Shown here: piece by piece, positions 59,072 through 64,000 of the stretch
Layout: each line of letters opens with the position of its first letter
Numbering within the stretch: the first letter of the stretch is position 1
NCBI GenBank assembly: GCA_038891615.1
Contig: JAWADY010000003.1
Span: forward strand, 70,977 to 134,976
Source of the DNA: Candidatus Woesearchaeota archaeon
Lineage (GTDB): Archaea > Nanobdellota > Nanobdellia > Woesearchaeales > ARS49
DNA: 64,000 nucleotides
Direction of reading: 5' to 3'
Translations under genes and position numbers: made by a program
Notes under the pieces: model-generated
The model's input: only the letters and a program-made list of their open reading frames with translations
The model's database searches: none
What the model was told of the DNA's origin: nothing

Positions 59072-59373
59072 GCCTTGCACTTCAGCTCGCAGCAGTTGCG
59101 CCCTACTACAACCTTGCCTTTGCTGCAATCGCGCTTATTATGTTCATAAGGTTGTTTTTAACTCCAACAAGAAACAAAAAGTTCTACATCCAACCATGGA
59201 GGCTGATATTTTTTGCGTTTTTAGTTTATCTAGCTGAGCAAACACTAACAATATTGCGACTTAGCGGAATTGTGAGTGTTCCTATTCACGTAAACGGCTT
59301 TTTCGAACTGCTCATAATCTCTGTCTTCATTTATGCCCTACTGCTACAGAAAGAAAGAATATCTAGGCTTTAA
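59068..59373 (+). CDS. 3-TM membrane protein, probable paralog of the upstream gene
   Basis: ATGA start/stop overlap; shared WRxxxFAxxxxxxxE pattern. Confidence 0.7.
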   Translation: MSLALQLAAVAPYYNLAFAAIALIMFIRLFLTPTRNKKFYIQPWRLIFFAFLVYLAEQTLTILRLSGIVSVPIHVNGFFELLIISVFIYALLLQKERISRL

Positions 59374-62300
59374 AGTGCAAGTTCTTTTTTTGCAGCCCTA
59401 ATCACTGTATTGACATTTGCGTACTCGCCATGCTCGTGCATCCAGTCCTCAAGGGCAAGTTTTATGAGCTTTTCAGAATAGCCAAGTCTTAGATAGCTCT
59501 TTGCTACTTCTTTAAGCCTTGTGCTGACCGACTTTGGCGGAATGAGGGTTGTGATGGCTGTTATCAAAACAACAAGTCCAAGCAGGATGTATGCTGGAAT
59601 AAGTGTTTCTTTAAACAGCGCATAGTGATAAGCCATTATTCCAGCCGCAATAAGTGCTCCTGCATAAATCATAACATCCCATAGTCGCTTTGCAGTCTTT
59701 TTAAACTCGTAAATCAGAAGTGCTTTTATGAGTAGTGCAAGCACTAGTAGGAAAACAAGCGAATGTGCAGCAACAGGTAGGGCTGTTCTTAATGGCAGTG
59801 CAGGCCTTGGAGGTAGTGGTGGTATGATTACCTCTTTTGGTGGTAATGGAACAGGTGGTGGCACAACCTCTGGAGGAACCGGAGCAGGGACTGGAAGCTT
59901 TACTACAAAGCTCCTTATTGGACTTGCTGCTCTGTTGCCTGCAACATCCTCTGCAAAGACCCTGAAGTTGTGGCTGCCTTCTTTAAGGTGGGTTAGTGTG
60001 TAGGTCCACCTGCCTTCTCTGAGCACCATTGGGTAGCTCTTGCCATCAAATTCTAGCAGGACAGACTTTATTGCTGACTCATCACTTACAAGAATGCTAA
60101 TTGTGGCTTCACTCACATTCGTTACTGAGCCATCTGGTGGGGTTGGAGTGATGAAGGTAATGTTTGGCGGTGTCCTATCTGGAATGATTGGTACACCAAC
60201 CCTTCTCGGACCTCCAGCTGATGGTGCAGATGGCGCTGCTGGAGGACTTCCAAATGGCGCAAATGTGCTGAAGCCTGTTATATTGGCAAATACGATGTTG
60301 GCTGTTGTGTCAACAGCACTTCCTGAAACTAAGTTCCATTCGCTGCCATTGTGTCTGAAAAGCGCGAGGCTTGATTCTTCAATTCCTGCACTGCTGATTT
60401 CCGTGTCTGAATAGCTTATGTTTAGCCACAGGCTGCTTGTTGCGCTGTTGTTTGTTGCATTTATGTACTTACTTATGTTCTTGAGACTGGTTGGGTCAGA
60501 AGGAGCTTGAGATGGTGCGATTCCTTTTAGCGCAACATCTTTTGCAACAAAGCTTATCACATTTTGCAGGCTTGTTATGTTTGTACCAATGTTGTTTCCA
60601 GAACCACTGACTGCGAAAAAGTCCCACAGGGTGTTGTTTTGCAGAGTGCTGTTGCGGATTATGTTGTTGCTTGAGGCATTCAGCAACAGGCCTGTTTGTG
60701 TGTTGTTTTCTATTCTGAGATTTGAAAGGATTGAGCTGTAGGTGTTGAAAAGTTTAATGCCAAAGATGTTGTTTGCAAATACGCTGTTGGCAATTCTTAT
60801 GTTTGCAGGGTCTGCAAAAAGTCCTGTTTCTGAGTTTGTGAGTGTCAAGCCATCAATGACAACCTCACCACTCCCTGCATCTATCTTTATTGCTGTTGAA
60901 AAGTTTGTGATAGAACCATTGCTTATGGTTATGTTTGTTCCGTTCACTTCAATTGCGGTTTCAGCATTTCCACCAATGAGGCTAAAGTTGTTAAGTTCTA
61001 CTTGCACATTGCTTCCACGCACAACGAGGCAGCTCGAGCTTGTTGTCAAGTTTGATGAAAGGCTGCTGTTCACATTTTCTAAGAGTCCTCCACAAGCTAT
61101 GCTTGCAACATTCTCAGTCACATTCATGCCAATTATTATTGCATTTGTCAAGCTGGAGTTTATAACAATGGCATTGTTTATTGTTGAATTGATTAGTATT
61201 GAGTTCTGAATTGTAGAATTGCTGATTATGTTTCCATCGCCGAGCGTAACATTTTGCCCAATGTTTGTGTTGTTCGCAAGTATGTTTTCGTCTCCAATGT
61301 TTGAATTGTTTCCTATTGTTGTGTTTGTGAGTATCTGATTGTTATTCCCAATGGTGCTGTTGTTTCCTATGTTTGTGTTGTTTCCGATTGTGTTATTCTG
61401 ACCAATCTGGACGTTGTTTCCTATTGTGTTGTTGTTTTGTATTGTGTTGTTTTGGCCTATGTTTGTGTTGTTAGCTATGTCGTTGTTGTTTCCTATGATT
61501 GTGTTGTCTCCGATGGTGTTGTTGTTTTGGATTATGTTGTTGTTTCCTATGTCTGTGTTGTTTCCTATGATGTTGTTGTTTTCTATGGTGTTATTGTTTC
61601 CGATGTCTGTGTTGTCTCCGATGGTGTTGTTATTTCCTATGTCTGTGTTGTTTCCAACAGTATTGTTTGAGCCGATGCTCGTACCATTTCCAATTGTTGT
61701 GTTGCTACCAAATGTGCTTGTGTTGCTGAATGTAACAACTATACTTGTGCTTGCACTGTTGTTGGCAATGTCAAATGCTGTGGCAAGCAATGTGTAACTG
61801 CCACTCTCATTCGGCAGCCAGGTTATGTTCCAAATCACGCTTTCGTTTGGGGTAGGTGGTGTTGTGGTTGCGTTTCCGAGCAGGCTTCCGTTTACAAACA
61901 CTTGAACAAGGTTTATTGCTACGCCGTTAGAAGCAGTTCCAGTAATATTGAAAGGCACATCAGCACTGTCAAGCGCCTGGTTTGGTATTGGACTGGTGAT
62001 TGTGATGTTCAGGTTGATGGTTGCGAACCATGTTTCAAAGCTCGAGCTGTAGTTCTCATTCCCAGGATTGACGGCTGTGTAGTTATAGGTTCCTGCTGCT
62101 AGTACGGTGGTATTTGTTGCTGGGTTTCCTGATGCTATTAGTGTGCCATTTCTGTATAGGTTTACGATTAGTGTGCTTGTGTTTGCTGTTGCGTTTATAG
62201 GAGTTGGGTAAGTAATTGTTATGTTGGCTCTGTTACCATTCAGCCTTAGTTCTGTAAGCGTTGCTGCCTGGGTTATTGTCAGTATTGCTTCTTGTGGTGC

Positions 62301-64000
62301 TGGAGCAGTAAAGTTCTGAGTCTCGCTAGCTGTGCAGGTGTAGTTATAGCTCCCAGCAGCTAGTACATTTATGTCTGGGTTGCTTACTAAGGTTCCGTTC
62401 CTGAACAGCTGTGGGATTGCTTGTGGTGTGCTTGCTGTGCAGCTGGCATTAGTTGTTGTGCCATAAGTAACGCTTGAGCTTGGTTGTAGGTTTATGTTGA
62501 GTGTTGGTGTGGCTTTGTTTACTGTGTAGAGGAATGTTGCTGTGCTGTTGGTGTTGTCGCTTGTGTCGTTGGCATGGCTTTTCCAGTAATAGTTACCAGC
62601 TGCTAGTGGGCCGTAGTTGTAGAAGTATTCTCTGTTTGTGGTGTTACCAGTGAAGCCTGTGGGGCTATAGTTTGCAGCAACACCTGTGAAGTTGTGCTCA
62701 AAAAGGACTGTGCTTAGGCCTGTGTTGTCTGTCCAGGTAATGTTGAATTGGTATGTTTGTGTTGGTGAGTAGGTTGCCGGGCTTGTTGGGAAGGTCTTGT
62801 TGTTTGACCAGCCTGGTGCTTGGGTGTCTGGAGCTGTTGTTATTGTGAGGAAGTGCGTTTCAAAGCTCGAGGTGTAGTTTTCTGTGCCGTTGAATACTGC
62901 TGTTATGTTGTAGGTGCCTATTGTTGTGTAGTTCTTTAGTACTTGTAGTGGTGAGTTTCCGCTGCTTAGCAGTGTTCCGTTTTCGAATAAGTCTATTAGT
63001 CCACTTGCGGGGGTGATGAGTTTTGCTGTTATGTTGACTATTGAGCCGTTTGCGGCTGTTATGTTCACATCATTCCCATTAAGTAATAGGTTTACCTCGC
63101 TCGCTGCTTTGTTAATTGTCAGTATTGCTTCTTGCGGCGCTGGAGCAGTAAAGTTCTGAGTCTCGCTAGCTGTGCATGTGTAGTTATAGCTCCCAGCAGC
63201 CAGTACATTTATGTCTGGATTGCTTACTAAGGTTCCGTTCCTGAACAGCTGTGGGATTACTTGTGGTGTGCTGGCTGTGCAGCTAGCATTAGTTGTTGTG
63301 CCATAAGTAACGCTTGAGCTTGGTTGTAGGTTTATGTTGAGTGTTGGTGTGGCTTTGTTTACTGTGTATAAGAATGTTGCGGTGCTGTTGGTGTTGTCGC
63401 TTGTGTCGTTGGCATGGCTTTTCCAGTAATAGTTACCAGCTGCTAGTGGGCCGTAGTTGTAGAAGTATTCTCTGTTTGTGGTGTTACCAGTGAAGCCTGT
63501 GGGGCTATAGTTTGCAGCAACACCTGTGAAGTTGTGCTCAAAAAGGACTGTGCTTAGGCCTGTGTTGTCTGTCCAGGTAATGTTAAATTGGTATGTTTGT
63601 GTTGGTGAGTAGGTTGCCGGGCTTGTGGGGAAGGTCTTATTATTAGACCAGCCAGGTGCTTGGGTGTCTGGTGGTGTTGTCGCTGTGAAGTTTGTGGTTG
63701 TGGTTGTGTTCGTGTTACCGCTCGTATCATTAGCAAAATAAGTAATGTTGTAGAGCCCTGCTAGGCTTGGTATTGTGTAGGTGTTGTTGTACTTGTCTCC
63801 TGTTGCTGGTGCGAGGCTGAGTTGTTGCAGTGTTCCGTTTGGCAAGGTAATATTAGCATATACTTTGTCGACTGCTACGTTGTCAGTAGCGTTTACGGCT
63901 ACTTCTATGGTGGTTCCAATGCCAAATTCGCTGTTTGGTTCTGGTTTGGGGTCGAAAACGCTTGGTGGGGTGGTGTCTGGGGTTGCTCCGAACACTCCAT
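59370..64000 (-). CDS. Very large surface glycoprotein (>1540 aa, 5'-partial)
   Basis: Frame open at the window edge; Ig-like DTxPP modules, IGNNNT hexapeptides, NosD-like beta-helix, Pro linker, 3 C-terminal TMs; many NxS/T sequons. Confidence 0.88.
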   Translation of the reverse strand, partial: GVFGATPDTTPPSVFDPKPEPNSEFGIGTTIEVAVNATDNVAVDKVYANITLPNGTLQQLSLAPATGDKYNNTYTIPSLAGLYNITYFANDTSGNTNTTTTTNFTATTPPDTQAPGWSNNKTFPTSPATYSPTQTYQFNITWTDNTGLSTVLFEHNFTGVAANYSPTGFTGNTTNREYFYNYGPLAAGNYYWKSHANDTSDNTNSTATFLYTVNKATPTLNINLQPSSSVTYGTTTNASCTASTPQVIPQLFRNGTLVSNPDINVLAAGSYNYTCTASETQNFTAPAPQEAILTINKAASEVNLLLNGNDVNITAANGSIVNITAKLITPASGLIDLFENGTLLSSGNSPLQVLKNYTTIGTYNITAVFNGTENYTSSFETHFLTITTAPDTQAPGWSNNKTFPTSPATYSPTQTYQFNITWTDNTGLSTVLFEHNFTGVAANYSPTGFTGNTTNREYFYNYGPLAAGNYYWKSHANDTSDNTNSTATFLYTVNKATPTLNINLQPSSSVTYGTTTNASCTASTPQAIPQLFRNGTLVSNPDINVLAAGSYNYTCTASETQNFTAPAPQEAILTITQAATLTELRLNGNRANITITYPTPINATANTSTLIVNLYRNGTLIASGNPATNTTVLAAGTYNYTAVNPGNENYSSSFETWFATINLNITITSPIPNQALDSADVPFNITGTASNGVAINLVQVFVNGSLLGNATTTPPTPNESVIWNITWLPNESGSYTLLATAFDIANNSASTSIVVTFSNTSTFGSNTTIGNGTSIGSNNTVGNNTDIGNNNTIGDNTDIGNNNTIENNNIIGNNTDIGNNNIIQNNNTIGDNTIIGNNNDIANNTNIGQNNTIQNNNTIGNNVQIGQNNTIGNNTNIGNNSTIGNNNQILTNTTIGNNSNIGDENILANNTNIGQNVTLGDGNIISNSTIQNSILINSTINNAIVINSSLTNAIIIGMNVTENVASIACGGLLENVNSSLSSNLTTSSSCLVVRGSNVQVELNNFSLIGGNAETAIEVNGTNITISNGSITNFSTAIKIDAGSGEVVIDGLTLTNSETGLFADPANIRIANSVFANNIFGIKLFNTYSSILSNLRIENNTQTGLLLNASSNNIIRNSTLQNNTLWDFFAVSGSGNNIGTNITSLQNVISFVAKDVALKGIAPSQAPSDPTSLKNISKYINATNNSATSSLWLNISYSDTEISSAGIEESSLALFRHNGSEWNLVSGSAVDTTANIVFANITGFSTFAPFGSPPAAPSAPSAGGPRRVGVPIIPDRTPPNITFITPTPPDGSVTNVSEATISILVSDESAIKSVLLEFDGKSYPMVLREGRWTYTLTHLKEGSHNFRVFAEDVAGNRAASPIRSFVVKLPVPAPVPPEVVPPPVPLPPKEVIIPPLPPRPALPLRTALPVAAHSLVFLLVLALLIKALLIYEFKKTAKRLWDVMIYAGALIAAGIMAYHYALFKETLIPAYILLGLVVLITAITTLIPPKSVSTRLKEVAKSYLRLGYSEKLIKLALEDWMHEHGEYANVNTVIRAAKKELAL
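61225..61716 (-). repeat. 18-bp-period hexapeptide repeat (IGNNNT/IGNNTD)
   Basis: More than 20 consecutive [IVL]-G-x-N-x-x units. Confidence 0.85.
62276..63671. repeat. Direct repeat of about 556 bp (62276-62831 and 63116-63671)
   Basis: Offset 840 bp; 17 mismatches counted by eye, one amino-acid change. Confidence 0.92.

Noticed and set aside
62276-63671. DGR template/variable repeat pair
   Set aside because: Mismatches are not adenine-specific, nearly all are synonymous, both copies are in-frame coding, and no reverse transcriptase is in the window

Overview
Archaeal chromosomal window, most likely from a DPANN archaeon such as Woesearchaeota. This is inferred from AglB, ABCE1, NucS, TFS, Dph2/Dph5, BRE-TATA promoters, BHB tRNA introns and the small Cys-rich surface proteins. 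Positions 1-24.8 kb hold a surface-glycosylation cluster: AglB, three polyprenol-phosphate GT2s, GT-C proteins, several GT4s, a flippase, methyltransferases, three NDP-sugar epimerases and Ugd. The rest is mostly housekeeping: a stand-alone short 5S rRNA, secDF, a site-2 protease, ABCE1, NucS, TFS, Sec11, RtcA, EF-1beta, Trm1, XPD, uS15, DinB, Dph5, FtsZ, six tRNAs (four with introns, three of them non-canonical D-arm introns), a DUF4382-like pseudogene and the 3' part of a very large repetitive surface protein gene. The most striking unexplained signals are at the RNA level. (i) The ~200-nt region upstream of ftsZ has two different stems closed by the same UUGGCG hexaloop plus unpaired copies, and a multi-hairpin element with a C-rich loop follows the gene. 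(ii) Protein genes, including dinB, start 3-6 nt after tRNA 3' ends, suggesting tRNA-punctuated leaderless mRNAs. (iii) A three-way-junction leader precedes rps15. No CRISPR array, transposase or integrase was seen. All calls come from reading the sequence by eye; no searches were run.
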